Source: Candidatus Cloacimonadota bacterium
GTDB taxonomy: Bacteria > Cloacimonadota > Cloacimonadia > Cloacimonadales > JAIOQZ01
NCBI GenBank assembly: GCA_021108395.1
Contig: JAIOQZ010000026.1
Coordinates: 30,051-94,050, forward strand
DNA length: 64,000 nucleotides
Direction: 5' to 3'
Notes under the pieces: generated by a model
What the model was told of the DNA's origin: nothing
What the model saw: the letters and a program-made list of their open reading frames with translations, nothing else
Databases searched by the model: none
Program-made: the position numbers and the translations under genes
Part shown: piece by piece, positions 25,692 to 35,340 of the stretch
Position numbering within the stretch: position 1 is the stretch's first letter
Layout of the letters: every line of letters begins with the position of its first letter

Positions 25692-26664
25692 CGGAAGTCT
25701 CCCGCGCACGAAATCGCAGCCACAGACCCACAACGCCGGCTATTATCATGGCGCTCGACAGAAGCTGTCCCATCGTTAACGGCCCCAGCACAAATCCGAG
25801 GTGGGCGTCGGGCTGGCGGACGAATTCGATGAGAAAACGGAAAAGGCCATAAAAACCCACAAACGTCCAGAAAGCTATACCATCACGATAAACATAGCGC
25901 AAGATGACAAACATGATTACGGCCATCAGGATGCCCTCGGAGAAGGCCTCGTAGAGTTGCGACGGGTGGCGCGGCAGATTGATGAGCGTGGCGTATTGGC
26001 CTGCATTGTCCCAGCCGCGATGCAGCAGATTACTCAGGGTGTCACCGGCGGCAGTCGTGACTGTGCCGGCCGTCTGGTTCACGCTCCAGCCGAGTTCGCC
26101 CAGTACGCGCTGGGTTTGCTCGCCCTGCAGCGGCACGCCCTGAGCATCGGGAAATATCATCCCCAGGCGAGAGGCGGTGACGCGACCATACAGTTCGCCG
26201 TTGATGAAATTGCCCAGCCGCCCCAGCGCCAGGCCAATGGCGGCCCAGGGCAATACGGGGTCGGCCAGGCGAAAGAAACTGATCTTGTGCTTGCGGGCAA
26301 ACCATATGCCCAGCAGAACAGCCATTAGCGCCCCGCCATGAAAACTCATGCCCATGATGCCGGTGAAGGTGAAGCCGTTGTCGAAGTTGAACGGCAGAAT
26401 GATTCTCAGGGGATGGTGCAGGTAATAGCCGAGATCGTAGAAGAGAACGTAACCCAGGCGGCCACCCACAATCACGCCCACCATGAGCAGAAACACCAGG
26501 CTCTCATAGGCTTCTTTGCTCAGTTTGAGGCCACGCTGCTTCTGGGTGCGGCGAATGAAGATGTAGCCCAGCACGAAGCTGAACACATAGGCCAGAGCGT
26601 ACCAACGAATCTGAAACGCCCCGATCTCCACGACGGTTGGACCGATGTCTGGGAATGGGAGCAT
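25681..26664 (-). CDS. lgt: Prolipoprotein diacylglyceryl transferase
   Basis: MLPFPDIGPTVVEIGAFQIRWYALAYV, GRLGNFINGELYG and RHPSQLYE motifs. Start at ATG 26664; the ORF track's 31 upstream codons overlap etfB. Has an insertion between MIFPD and RHPSQLYE. Confidence 0.88.
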   Translation of the reverse strand: MLPFPDIGPTVVEIGAFQIRWYALAYVFSFVLGYIFIRRTQKQRGLKLSKEAYESLVFLLMVGVIVGGRLGYVLFYDLGYYLHHPLRIILPFNFDNGFTFTGIMGMSFHGGALMAVLLGIWFARKHKISFFRLADPVLPWAAIGLALGRLGNFINGELYGRVTASRLGMIFPDAQGVPLQGEQTQRVLGELGWSVNQTAGTVTTAAGDTLSNLLHRGWDNAGQYATLINLPRHPSQLYEAFSEGILMAVIMFVILRYVYRDGIAFWTFVGFYGLFRFLIEFVRQPDAHLGFVLGPLTMGQLLSSAMIIAGVVGLWLRFRARETSDAI

Positions 26665-26671
26665 GGTGGCC

Positions 26672-27454
26672 TTAGAGGCTGAATTCCTTGAGTTTCTTGA
26701 ATACGATGTCGGCGGCTTCTTCCGGCTCCACATCGTGCTTTTCGCCCTGCTTTTCATGGTGTGGCGAGAATATCTTTATGACCTGCGTTGGCGACCCGTT
26801 GAGCCCGATGTCCTGCTCGTCCAGGCCGAGATCGTCGGCTGTAAATTTGATGAGCTCCGCCTTGCGGGCGTTGCGCTTGCCGCGCAGCGAGGGCAGACGC
26901 GGCTCGTTGATCTCCTTGACAACGGTGAGCACGGCAGGCAGTTCGAGTTCGAGGCGGTCGTAGCCGGTCTCCATAAGACGCTGCACGGTCACCTTATGCT
27001 CGCCAATCTCTTCGATTTTGCGAACGAAACAGCACTGCGGCAAGTCGAGGTGTGCGGCCACGCCGGGGCCCACCTGCGCCGTGTCGCCGTCAATGGCCTG
27101 CTGGCCCATGAACACCAGGTCGTAGTCGCCAATCTTTTCGAGAGCGGCGGCCAGTGTGAGGCTGGTGGCCCAGGTATCGGCGCCGGCGAACTTGCGGTCG
27201 GTGATGAGAATGATTTCGTCAACACCGATGGCCACGGCGTCTCGCAGAGCGCTCTCGACTTGCGGCGGCCCCATGCTGATGGCTGTCACCTTGCCGCCGT
27301 GTGCGTCTTTCAGGCGGATGGCCTCTTCGATGGCGTACATGTCGAAGGGGTTGATGATGCTGTCCACCCCTTCACGGATGAGCGTGTTGGTGACGGGGTC
27401 GATCTTGATGTCGGTGGTGTCGGGCACCTGCTTGATGGCTATGACGATGTGCAT
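26672..27454 (-). CDS. etfB: Electron transfer flavoprotein, beta subunit
   Basis: MHIVIAIKQVPDTTDIKIDPVTNTLIREG..INPFDMYAIEEA. 260 aa. No etfA follows. Confidence 0.9.
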   Translation of the reverse strand: MHIVIAIKQVPDTTDIKIDPVTNTLIREGVDSIINPFDMYAIEEAIRLKDAHGGKVTAISMGPPQVESALRDAVAIGVDEIILITDRKFAGADTWATSLTLAAALEKIGDYDLVFMGQQAIDGDTAQVGPGVAAHLDLPQCCFVRKIEEIGEHKVTVQRLMETGYDRLELELPAVLTVVKEINEPRLPSLRGKRNARKAELIKFTADDLGLDEQDIGLNGSPTQVIKIFSPHHEKQGEKHDVEPEEAADIVFKKLKEFSL

Positions 27455-27457
27455 GGC

Positions 27458-28564
27458 TCAGCCTCCGTAATACTCGCGGATGGTGGCGATGATGTAGTCG
27501 AGCTGCTCACGGGTAAGCTCGCCAAAGACAGGAATCGAGAGTACGCGCTCCGCGGCGCGCTCACTGTGCGGGAAGTCGCCTTTGTTGCAGCCCAGATAGG
27601 CGAAGCATTCCTGCATGTGCAGCGGCAGCGGGTAATAGATGGCGCAGCCAACTCCCTTTGCCCGCAGATGTTCCATCAGCCCGTCGCGGTCTTCGCAGTC
27701 TAACGTGAACTGGTTGTAGATGGTCAAGGCTTCGTCGCGAATGACCGGCAGCTTAATCTGCGGCACGTCGGCGAGATGTTCGCGGTAATAGTCGGCGTTG
27801 GCGCGGCGGCCCTCGGACCAGCCTTGCAGGTGCGGCAGTTTCACGCTCAACACGGCGGCTTGAATCGTATCGAGGCGGCTGTTGAGGCCAACCCACTTGT
27901 GATAATATTTGGGGGTCTCGCCATGAACGCGAAGCTGGCGCAACCGTGCGGCGAGATCGTCATCGTTTGTGAGGCACATGCCTGCGTCGCCCATGGCGCC
28001 GAGGTTCTTGCTGGGGAAAAAGCTGAGTGTGCCGATGTCGCCGATGGCGCCTGCCGAGCGGCCGTTCCACTTCGCGCCGATGCCCTGAGCGTTGTCCTCG
28101 ATGACGGCAATGCCATGACGCCGTGCGATGGCCATGATGCTGTCCATGTCGGTCGGCTGGCCAAACAGATGCACCGGCATGATGGCGCGGGTTCTGGGGG
28201 TGATGGCAGCCTCGACACATGCAGGGTCAAGGTTGTAGGTGTCGGGTTCGATGTCGGCAAACACAGTTGTGGCGCCCACGCGGTGTATCGCTCCCGCAGT
28301 GGCGAAAAACGTGAACGGCGTGGTGATGACTTCGTCGCCCTGGCCAATGCCGAGAGCCATCAGCGCCAGCACAATGGCGTCTGAGCCGGAAGCGCAGCCG
28401 ATGGCGTGTTTCACATCGAGCGCCCGCTCGACCTGCTCCTCGAAAATGCGCACCTGCGGGCCCAGAATGTAGCCATGAGTGGCCATCACGGCCTCTAATG
28501 CCGCGAGAATGTCAGCCTTCAGGGGCTTGTACTGGGCAGGCAAATCGAGAATCGGAATCCTCAT
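27458..28564 (-). CDS. DegT/DnrJ/EryC1/StrS-family PLP-dependent sugar aminotransferase
   Basis: IPILDLPAQY..ILGPQVRIFEE N-terminus. SFFPSKNLGAMGDAG (PLP lysine). Confidence 0.88.
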   Translation of the reverse strand: MRIPILDLPAQYKPLKADILAALEAVMATHGYILGPQVRIFEEQVERALDVKHAIGCASGSDAIVLALMALGIGQGDEVITTPFTFFATAGAIHRVGATTVFADIEPDTYNLDPACVEAAITPRTRAIMPVHLFGQPTDMDSIMAIARRHGIAVIEDNAQGIGAKWNGRSAGAIGDIGTLSFFPSKNLGAMGDAGMCLTNDDDLAARLRQLRVHGETPKYYHKWVGLNSRLDTIQAAVLSVKLPHLQGWSEGRRANADYYREHLADVPQIKLPVIRDEALTIYNQFTLDCEDRDGLMEHLRAKGVGCAIYYPLPLHMQECFAYLGCNKGDFPHSERAAERVLSIPVFGELTREQLDYIIATIREYYGG

Positions 28565-28572
28565 TCTATCTC

Positions 28573-29661
28573 CTACTTATTGAGCTCTGTTTCGATGATG
28601 ATGGTGGTGTAAACGATGGAGGCGAGTACGCTGAATACGCTCACGTAGCGCGATATTTTCCACATGAGGTGTTCGGGGACGTATATGGTGTCCCCGGGGC
28701 GCAGGGTGTAGCGGCCAAACTCGCGCCGCTCGCCCCCGCTGGTGATGACATACACCTCGCGGCGACTGGCCGAGTTGTTGATTCCGCCGGCCTGACCCAG
28801 ATAATAGTCGAGATCGCTGCCGGCGTTGTATGGGTAGCGGCCTGCGTAGATTACGTTGCCGGTGACATAGACGAACCCCTGCCGCATGGCCACGAACACG
28901 CTGTCGCCCGCCATGATTTGATAGTCGGCGTCAGCGGACTCGAATACGCCGTCGCGCACCACGTTAGCTTCGTCATATTCGGCCCAGGGGGTCTTGTCGG
29001 ACAGGCTTCCAATCACCTGGCGCAACGGTATCGATTCACCAGGAGCCAGCTCGATGTATTCGACCATGTTCAGGGTGTCGTTGTTGACGAAGACACGGGC
29101 GGCGTTCTCGGCGAAAACAGCTTGGAGAAGGTCGTCATGCTGCACCACCGGGTTTTGCGTCAGATCACCTTCGGCGAGATATTTGCGCAGGTCATACACC
29201 ACCACCTTGCTCTGCCGGATCAACCGCACCTTGCGGCTGGCCCCCGGCAACAGCCCCTCGGCAAGCTGAAGCGCCTGGTAGAGCGTAATCATCTCCTCGG
29301 TGACGTACTCCCCAGGCTTCACTACTGCGCCCGTGACGTGGATGTGCGTCGGGGCGATTGTGAGTAGCTCGGCGGTGATGATGCTGTTGGGCAGATGTCT
29401 GCTCACGGCCTGGGTGATCCGTTCACGCCCTTGCCGCAGAGTCAGTCCGGCCACCTTCACCGGGCCGTCGAATGGATATATGCTGACACTGCCTTCCGGC
29501 AGCACGGGCGACTCGATATTCAAGGTGTCGGCGCTGATGATCTGGAGAAGGAACACGTCGCCGGCCTTGAGGATATATTCGTCTTCGTTGACGGCGAAAG
29601 CGCCAAAGAGAGCCGTTGCGGTAATCAGCAGCAGCGTAACGACAGTGAATCTACTTCTCAT
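28573..29661 (-). CDS. Polysaccharide export protein (Wza-like, Poly_export plus SLBB domains)
   Basis: Signal peptide. YILKAGDVFLLQI and YTLRPGDTIYVPE motifs. C-terminal TM helix. Confidence 0.75.
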   Translation of the reverse strand: MRSRFTVVTLLLITATALFGAFAVNEDEYILKAGDVFLLQIISADTLNIESPVLPEGSVSIYPFDGPVKVAGLTLRQGRERITQAVSRHLPNSIITAELLTIAPTHIHVTGAVVKPGEYVTEEMITLYQALQLAEGLLPGASRKVRLIRQSKVVVYDLRKYLAEGDLTQNPVVQHDDLLQAVFAENAARVFVNNDTLNMVEYIELAPGESIPLRQVIGSLSDKTPWAEYDEANVVRDGVFESADADYQIMAGDSVFVAMRQGFVYVTGNVIYAGRYPYNAGSDLDYYLGQAGGINNSASRREVYVITSGGERREFGRYTLRPGDTIYVPEHLMWKISRYVSVFSVLASIVYTTIIIETELNK

Positions 29662-30610
29662 AGTACTGGATTACCCTTTGCAGAATCATATCGAGGTTAT
29701 ATTGCGGCTTGTATTCGATGAACGATTTGATCTTCGAGATGTCGGGCACCCGCCGGATCATGTCCTCGAAGCCGGCCTCGTAAGCGTCTTCATACTTGAC
29801 ATACTCGATCTTCGAGCGGCTGCCGGTCATCTTCTTCACCTTCTTCGCCAGATCCTCGATGGTGATTTCCTTGTCGCTGCCGATGTTGAAGATTCCGCCC
29901 TCGGCCTTCTTGGTAGCCATCAGCTTCACCAGTCCGCCAACAACGTCGGCCACGTCGGTGAAGCAACGGCTTTGCTTGCCGTCGCCGTATATCGTGAGCG
30001 GATGGTTCAGCAGGGCGTTGTGCACGAACTTGGGGATAACCATTCCGTACATCCCAGTCTGCCTGGGCCCCACCGTGTTGAAGCAGCGCACGATGACCAC
30101 GGGCAGCTTCTTCTCGCGCCAGTAGGCCAGGGCGAGAAATTCATCGACGGCTTTGGCGGCGCTGTAGCTCCAGCGAGAGATGTGCGTCGAGCCGAGTATG
30201 CGGTCGTCTTCTTCGCTGAAGGGTACCTTATCGCTCTTGCCGTAAATCTCCGAAGTGGAGGTGAGCAACACCTTCTTCTTGTATTTGTTGGCAAATTCAA
30301 ACACGTTCTCGGTGCCTCTGACATTGGTTTGCAGAGACAGCAGCGGGTTGTCGATGATGTATTCCACGCCCACGGCCGCTGCGAGGTGGTAAATCTGATC
30401 GCAGGGCTCGATGAGCTCCTCGAGCTTGGCGCGATTGAGAATCGTGTCGATGTGATAGCTGAAGCGGTCGTTCTTGGCAAGGTGGGAAATATTGCCGTAC
30501 TTGCCTGTGGACAGGTTGTCGATGATGACAACCTCGTGCCCCTGCTCGAGCAGGAAATCTGAAAGGTGCGAGCCGATGAATCCGGCTCCGCCCGTGATGA
30601 GAATCTTCAT
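29651..30610 (-). CDS. NAD-dependent epimerase/dehydratase (UDP-glucuronate decarboxylase-like extended SDR)
   Basis: MKILITGGAGFIGSHL Rossmann motif. YSAAK catalytic YxxxK. Confidence 0.88.
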   Translation of the reverse strand: MKILITGGAGFIGSHLSDFLLEQGHEVVIIDNLSTGKYGNISHLAKNDRFSYHIDTILNRAKLEELIEPCDQIYHLAAAVGVEYIIDNPLLSLQTNVRGTENVFEFANKYKKKVLLTSTSEIYGKSDKVPFSEEDDRILGSTHISRWSYSAAKAVDEFLALAYWREKKLPVVIVRCFNTVGPRQTGMYGMVIPKFVHNALLNHPLTIYGDGKQSRCFTDVADVVGGLVKLMATKKAEGGIFNIGSDKEITIEDLAKKVKKMTGSRSKIEYVKYEDAYEAGFEDMIRRVPDISKIKSFIEYKPQYNLDMILQRVIQYYEK

Positions 30611-30811
30611 TGCGTCTCCTCGGCGCTGGCGCTGTGTGTCCTGGCGCCGATGTATTATTAACGCCTTGCGCTACGATGGAAAAGGCTTGTACCCAAATGG
30701 CGAATCCTCTCCCTCGCAACACTGGCTGATAGCTCGTCAATCTGGCGTTCGGTCACGTCAATCTGTGAGCGAGCGCCTTTTTGTCAACCCTCTTGGCTGT
30801 GGCTCTGGCGG

Positions 30812-31465
30812 TTAGCGCAGGTTGTAGCTGAACTCGACGCCAACACGCATGCCCAGGCCGCTCATATCGATCTCGTCCCAGGTGACGCCGAAGTCGGTTG
30901 TCTCGATGTCGTTCTTCATCTTGGCGCCGTGATAGAACGCCTCGGCAAACACATGAGACTTTCTGCCAATTTGATAGCTTGCGCCGGCGGAGATGTTCCA
31001 GGCGAAGCCGCTGTAGAACGTCACTTCGTCAAAAACGGGAATATCCTCGTTATCATCGTTTGTGAAGGCAGCACGGAAAACGTCTTCCCACAGCAGGCCC
31101 CAGCCGATGCCGGCGCTGAGGTAGGGGTTCACCTTCGAGCGAACGGGCAGATGAACGTAGAGGTTTGTGAGCAGCGGGATGTAGGTGGTTTTTATATCGG
31201 CGGTCTTCTGCATGCCCGACACATCCAGTCCGCCGGAAGTCGTGCCTGACGAAAATTTGCGAGACTCGGTGTAGCCTTTGTAGTAGAAATCGAACGACAT
31301 GTCGATGCCCACGGCCTCGTCGATGCGTTTGCCATAGGTAAACCCGCCGATGATGCTGGTTTCGGCGCCATCGGGAGCGAAAAACCCGAAGCGTATCTTC
31401 GACTCGACGGCAGAGAGACCCACCAGCAGCATGCACATGAATGAGATAATCAGAATGCGTTTCAT
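30812..31465 (-). CDS. Small outer-membrane beta-barrel protein (OmpW/OmpA-barrel-like)
   Basis: Signal peptide MKRILIISFMCMLLVGLSAVES. Alternating aromatic/Gly strand pattern; 217 aa. Confidence 0.65.
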   Translation of the reverse strand: MKRILIISFMCMLLVGLSAVESKIRFGFFAPDGAETSIIGGFTYGKRIDEAVGIDMSFDFYYKGYTESRKFSSGTTSGGLDVSGMQKTADIKTTYIPLLTNLYVHLPVRSKVNPYLSAGIGWGLLWEDVFRAAFTNDDNEDIPVFDEVTFYSGFAWNISAGASYQIGRKSHVFAEAFYHGAKMKNDIETTDFGVTWDEIDMSGLGMRVGVEFSYNLR

Positions 31466-31527
31466 AGTATGTCCTTTTAGTTATGCGCCCGCTAGGCGCA
31501 AAATGCCCAGCGGGTTCAGTTAGTTGC

Positions 31528-32445
31528 TCAGTTGACCTTGAAGGTCGTGTCGCCCTCTGTGAAGAACCCGACAATCTGCGTGGCGGCAGCCTTGCCGGAG
31601 TTTACGTTGGCTTCCTTTGTCTGTGCGCCCATCTTCTTGGGGGTGAAATAGACATTGGCAGGGAACCTCTCGACCAGCTCGGCGGAGATGCCCGATGAGA
31701 TGTCGGATGCGAACTTGAAGTCGGGGCGTTCGGCCAGCATCATCTTGATGCCTTCCTCGCACACCACCTCGGCACGGGCGCTGTTGAGCAGCGTGGCGCC
31801 GGGCTTCATGGTTCTCAGCAGCCTGTAGTTGATGAGGCGGCGCGTGGAATCGACCAACGGCAGGTGCAGCGAGACGTAGTCGCACATCTCATACATGGCT
31901 TCGTAGTTGTCCAGCGACGTAACGCCGTCCTTCTCGATGTCTTCGGCGGATATGAACGGGTCGGCGGCGAACACTTCCATGCCAAATCCCTGGGCAATGC
32001 GGGCGAGGTTGCGCGGCACGTTGCCATAGGCGTGCAGTCCCAGCTTTTTGCCCTTCAGCTCGGTGCCGGGCTTGCCGTTGAACTTGCCTCGCGCCATATA
32101 CACCATCATGCCGATGACCAGTTCGGCCACGGCGTTGGCGTTCTGACCGGGGGTGTTCTCGACAACGATGCCGTGACTGGTGGCGTCGGCAAGGTTGATG
32201 TTGTCGTAGCCGGCGCCGGCGCGAACCACAATCTTGAGATTCGGCGCGGCAGACATCACCCCGCCATCGATTTTATCGGAACGCACGATGAGCGCGTCAA
32301 CGTCGGCAACGGCGGCCAGCAAATCATCGCGGGACGGATATTTTTCGAGCAAACGAAGCTCATATCCCGCTTCGGTGAATACCTCACGAATCGAATCGAC
32401 AGCCGCAGGAGCGAACGGCTTCTCGGTAGCGACTAAAATCTTCAT
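31528..32445 (-). CDS. D-isomer-specific 2-hydroxyacid dehydrogenase (phosphoglycerate dehydrogenase-like, no ACT domain)
   Basis: MKILVATEKPF.., NAD-binding GLHAYGNVPRNLA, and the typical RxxxE..H catalytic region. Confidence 0.8.
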   Translation of the reverse strand: MKILVATEKPFAPAAVDSIREVFTEAGYELRLLEKYPSRDDLLAAVADVDALIVRSDKIDGGVMSAAPNLKIVVRAGAGYDNINLADATSHGIVVENTPGQNANAVAELVIGMMVYMARGKFNGKPGTELKGKKLGLHAYGNVPRNLARIAQGFGMEVFAADPFISAEDIEKDGVTSLDNYEAMYEMCDYVSLHLPLVDSTRRLINYRLLRTMKPGATLLNSARAEVVCEEGIKMMLAERPDFKFASDISSGISAELVERFPANVYFTPKKMGAQTKEANVNSGKAAATQIVGFFTEGDTTFKVN

Positions 32446-32495
32446 TATTCCTCCTATGATTAGTTTGTCTTAAATTAAGCCAGTCGGTTTTTCCG

Positions 32496-33275
32496 TCAAG
32501 ACTTATCTGCATCCAGCCAGGCGGCTGCAAGCTGCGGCAGAACCACTCCTGCACGTCCCTGAATGAACGTATCAAAGCAGGCGATGTTGTCGGGCGGTTC
32601 GAGGTTCACGCCGATGGCGCTGGCGCCGTTGCGCCGAGCCATCTGAACGAACTGCGCCGCCGGATAGACAACCCCGCTGGTGCCTGCCACCAGAAACAGC
32701 GTCGTTCGGCGTAGGGCGACTTCAATCTCGTCGAGATAATGCGGCATTTCGCCGAACCAGACGATGTCGGGCCGCAACAAGCCGCCGCACGCCGGACAAG
32801 CGGGTAACGCAGGCGTCAGGTCAACGTTTCGCATCGAGTAATGTGTGTCACAGCGGGTGCAGCGACAACGATGCAGGCTACCGTGCATATCGAGCACGCC
32901 TGCGCTGCCGGCGCACTGGTGCAGACCGTCCACGTTTTGCGTGATGAGAACGAAGCGGCCGGCAAGCGCCGCTCCCATCGCCGCCAGAGCCTCGTGAGCG
33001 GGGTTTGGCCTGGCACGGGAAGCATTCTCCCAGCGCGCTTTGTAGAATCGCCAGACCAGTTCAGGGTCACGGGCGAAGGCCGGCGGGGAGGCTACCTCTT
33101 CGAGACGATGCGACTCCCAGAGGCCACCGGCGTCACGAAAGGTGCGGATGCCGCTCTCTGCGCTCACGCCCGCGCCAGTGAGCACGGTGAGAAAATCAGT
33201 CAGAGTCGGTGCCGGCGGCAGGTTCAGAACGCCCTCCATAACCGTAGAGAAATGCGCGGATATGCTTGTCGTCAC
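32496..33275 (-). CDS. cobB: NAD-dependent protein deacylase, Sir2 family
   Basis: GAGVSAESGIRTFRDAGGLWE. Zinc ribbon CRCTRC..CPACGG. The start is uncertain: 33275 or ATG 33239, and both overlap the upstream ABC gene. Confidence 0.85.
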   Translation of the reverse strand: MTTSISAHFSTVMEGVLNLPPAPTLTDFLTVLTGAGVSAESGIRTFRDAGGLWESHRLEEVASPPAFARDPELVWRFYKARWENASRARPNPAHEALAAMGAALAGRFVLITQNVDGLHQCAGSAGVLDMHGSLHRCRCTRCDTHYSMRNVDLTPALPACPACGGLLRPDIVWFGEMPHYLDEIEVALRRTTLFLVAGTSGVVYPAAQFVQMARRNGASAIGVNLEPPDNIACFDTFIQGRAGVVLPQLAAAWLDADKS

Positions 33276-33957
33276 TCCTGGTAAATTCCTGATAATCGCC
33301 CTCGAACCATTTGACTTCTTCGCCGATCATAACGACCCGCTCCGCCAGCCGGTCGATGCATTCGAGGTCGTGGGTGACGACGATGGTGGTCACCTCGAGC
33401 GAGTCGCGCAGCTTCTGGATGAGGCGCACAATCTCCTCGGCGATGACCGGGTCGAGGCCGGTGGTGGGCTCGTCGTAGATGATGTAGCGAGGTTCGAGAA
33501 TGATGGCGCGAGCCAGACCCACACGCTTGCGCATTCCACCAGACAACGCCGAGGGCATGGCCTCTTCCACGTTGTGCAGCCCCACCAGCGCCAGCTTCTC
33601 GCGCACCTGGCGGCGAATCTCTTGGGGTTCGAGCCGAGTGTGCTCTACCAGCGGCAGCGCCACGTTTTGATAGACGTTCATCGAGTCGAGCAGGGCTGCC
33701 CCCTGAAACAGCATCGACAGCTTGCGGCGCGTCTGTCGCAGATGCAAAGCGTTGTGCGTGTCGATGCGCTCACCGTCAATCCACACCTCGCCGCTGACAG
33801 GGCGAATCAGCCCCTCGATGGTTCGCATGAGCACGCTTTTGCCGCTGCCGGAGGCGCCCACCACCAGCGTGGTGCGGCCTTCGGGAAAGGTGCAACTGAT
33901 GTTCCGCAGCACGGGCTTGCCGTCAAATCCTACGGTCACATCGACCAGTTCTATCAT
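33196..33957 (-). CDS. ABC transporter ATP-binding protein (MlaF/Ttg2A-like), no permease adjacent
   Basis: Walker A GASGSGKS, signature LSGGMRKR, Walker B IIYDEPT. Confidence 0.85.
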   Translation of the reverse strand: MIELVDVTVGFDGKPVLRNISCTFPEGRTTLVVGASGSGKSVLMRTIEGLIRPVSGEVWIDGERIDTHNALHLRQTRRKLSMLFQGAALLDSMNVYQNVALPLVEHTRLEPQEIRRQVREKLALVGLHNVEEAMPSALSGGMRKRVGLARAIILEPRYIIYDEPTTGLDPVIAEEIVRLIQKLRDSLEVTTIVVTHDLECIDRLAERVVMIGEEVKWFEGDYQEFTRSDDKHIRAFLYGYGGRSEPAAGTDSD

Positions 33958-35339
33958 GTCGCCTCCGAGATAGGTGTTTTGCTGATTACATCTGAGTCAT
34001 GCCTCCTGCGTGACACAAGTTCGAGCCCACCAAGCCGCTCGCTGACGGGAATGCCTGCCAGCTCGGCGTCGCCGTGACCGGCATACACCCGCACCCAGTG
34101 ATCCGAGAGGCCTGTGCTCCAGCCCTGTTTTTCGCTCTCGGCTACAGCCCAAAGGGGTATGCGGTGGTGCAGCAAACGCTGCCGATACGCGGCTGACAAT
34201 TCTGCCGACAACGCCGCCAGCGTTCGGCTTCGCTCGCGCACAACGCTGCCGTGCACCTGGTCGCTCATGGTGGCGGCGCGTGTGCCAGGGCGGCGTGAGT
34301 AGGCGAACACATGCAGATAGGCAGGGGCGAGGGCGCGCAGGAAGGCCAGCGTCTCCTCGAAACGGGCGTCCGTCTCGCCGGGCAGCCCCACGATAACGTC
34401 AAAGCCCAGCGCGGTGTGCGCCTGCCGCTGCCGCACGGCCTCGATGTTGCGGCGGAACAGCGCTGTGTCATACCGTCGCCCCATGGACGACAGCAGAGCG
34501 TCGCTGCCGGACTGTAGCGGGATGTGCAGGTGGTGCGCCAAAGCTTCACAGTCGAAAAGTTCATCGATGAAACCCGGTGTGAGGAATTGCGGTTCGAGCG
34601 AACTCAGCCGCACCCGCTTGATGCCATCCACCGCCGCAAGCTGGTGTACCAGGCCCGGCAAACTCTGGCCATCCGACCACTCCCTGCCCCACGTCCCCAG
34701 ATTAATGCCGCCCAGAACAACCTCGCGGTAACCCGACGCGGCGAGTCGCTCCACCTGGTCAAGAACAGCGGCCAGTGGCCGACTGCGGGCAGGGCCACGC
34801 GCCAGGGGCACGGCGCAGTAGGCGCAGGCAAAGTCGCAGCCATCCTGCACCTTGAGAAACCCGCGAGAACGGCCTGGCAGCTTGTCGGCGCTTATTTCGT
34901 CAAATACGCTTGCCTCGGATATGTCGGCGCAAACCAGGCGGTGGCCGCTCTCCAGCAAACTAAAGAGGCGTGTTTTCTCGCGATTACCGCAAATAAGCTC
35001 CAGATGCCCCAGCCTGGCAATCTGTTCTGGAAAACGCTGCGCCAGACAGCCGGTGGCCACCACGCGCACATCGGGACGTTGTTCTTTCTGTCTCAGCCCT
35101 CGCCGGATGGCGGCGCGGCTTTTGGCGTCGGCGTGGCTGGTGACAGTGCAGGTGTTGACCACATAGACATCTGCTTCGTCGGTAAAGGGAACGATGCGCC
35201 AGTCAAGCGAGCTGAACTGATGCGCCATGCAAGCAGTTTCATACTGGTTCACCTTGCAGCCGAAAGTGGCGAACGCCACGCGGAGCGAATCGTGGGGCGT
35301 TGGAGTGTCTCGAAGCCACGATGTGGGTGTCGGGGACAT
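33954..35339 (-). CDS. mtaB: Radical-SAM tRNA methylthiotransferase, MtaB-like
   Basis: FATFGCKVNQYE N-terminal MTTase motif. Radical SAM CDFACAYC. Real start is ATG 35339, 1 nt after the upstream stop. The 200 upstream codons of the ORF track run antisense through the next gene. Confidence 0.85.
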   Translation of the reverse strand: MSPTPTSWLRDTPTPHDSLRVAFATFGCKVNQYETACMAHQFSSLDWRIVPFTDEADVYVVNTCTVTSHADAKSRAAIRRGLRQKEQRPDVRVVATGCLAQRFPEQIARLGHLELICGNREKTRLFSLLESGHRLVCADISEASVFDEISADKLPGRSRGFLKVQDGCDFACAYCAVPLARGPARSRPLAAVLDQVERLAASGYREVVLGGINLGTWGREWSDGQSLPGLVHQLAAVDGIKRVRLSSLEPQFLTPGFIDELFDCEALAHHLHIPLQSGSDALLSSMGRRYDTALFRRNIEAVRQRQAHTALGFDVIVGLPGETDARFEETLAFLRALAPAYLHVFAYSRRPGTRAATMSDQVHGSVVRERSRTLAALSAELSAAYRQRLLHHRIPLWAVAESEKQGWSTGLSDHWVRVYAGHGDAELAGIPVSERLGGLELVSRRRHDSDVISKTPISEAT

Positions 35340-35340
35340 G

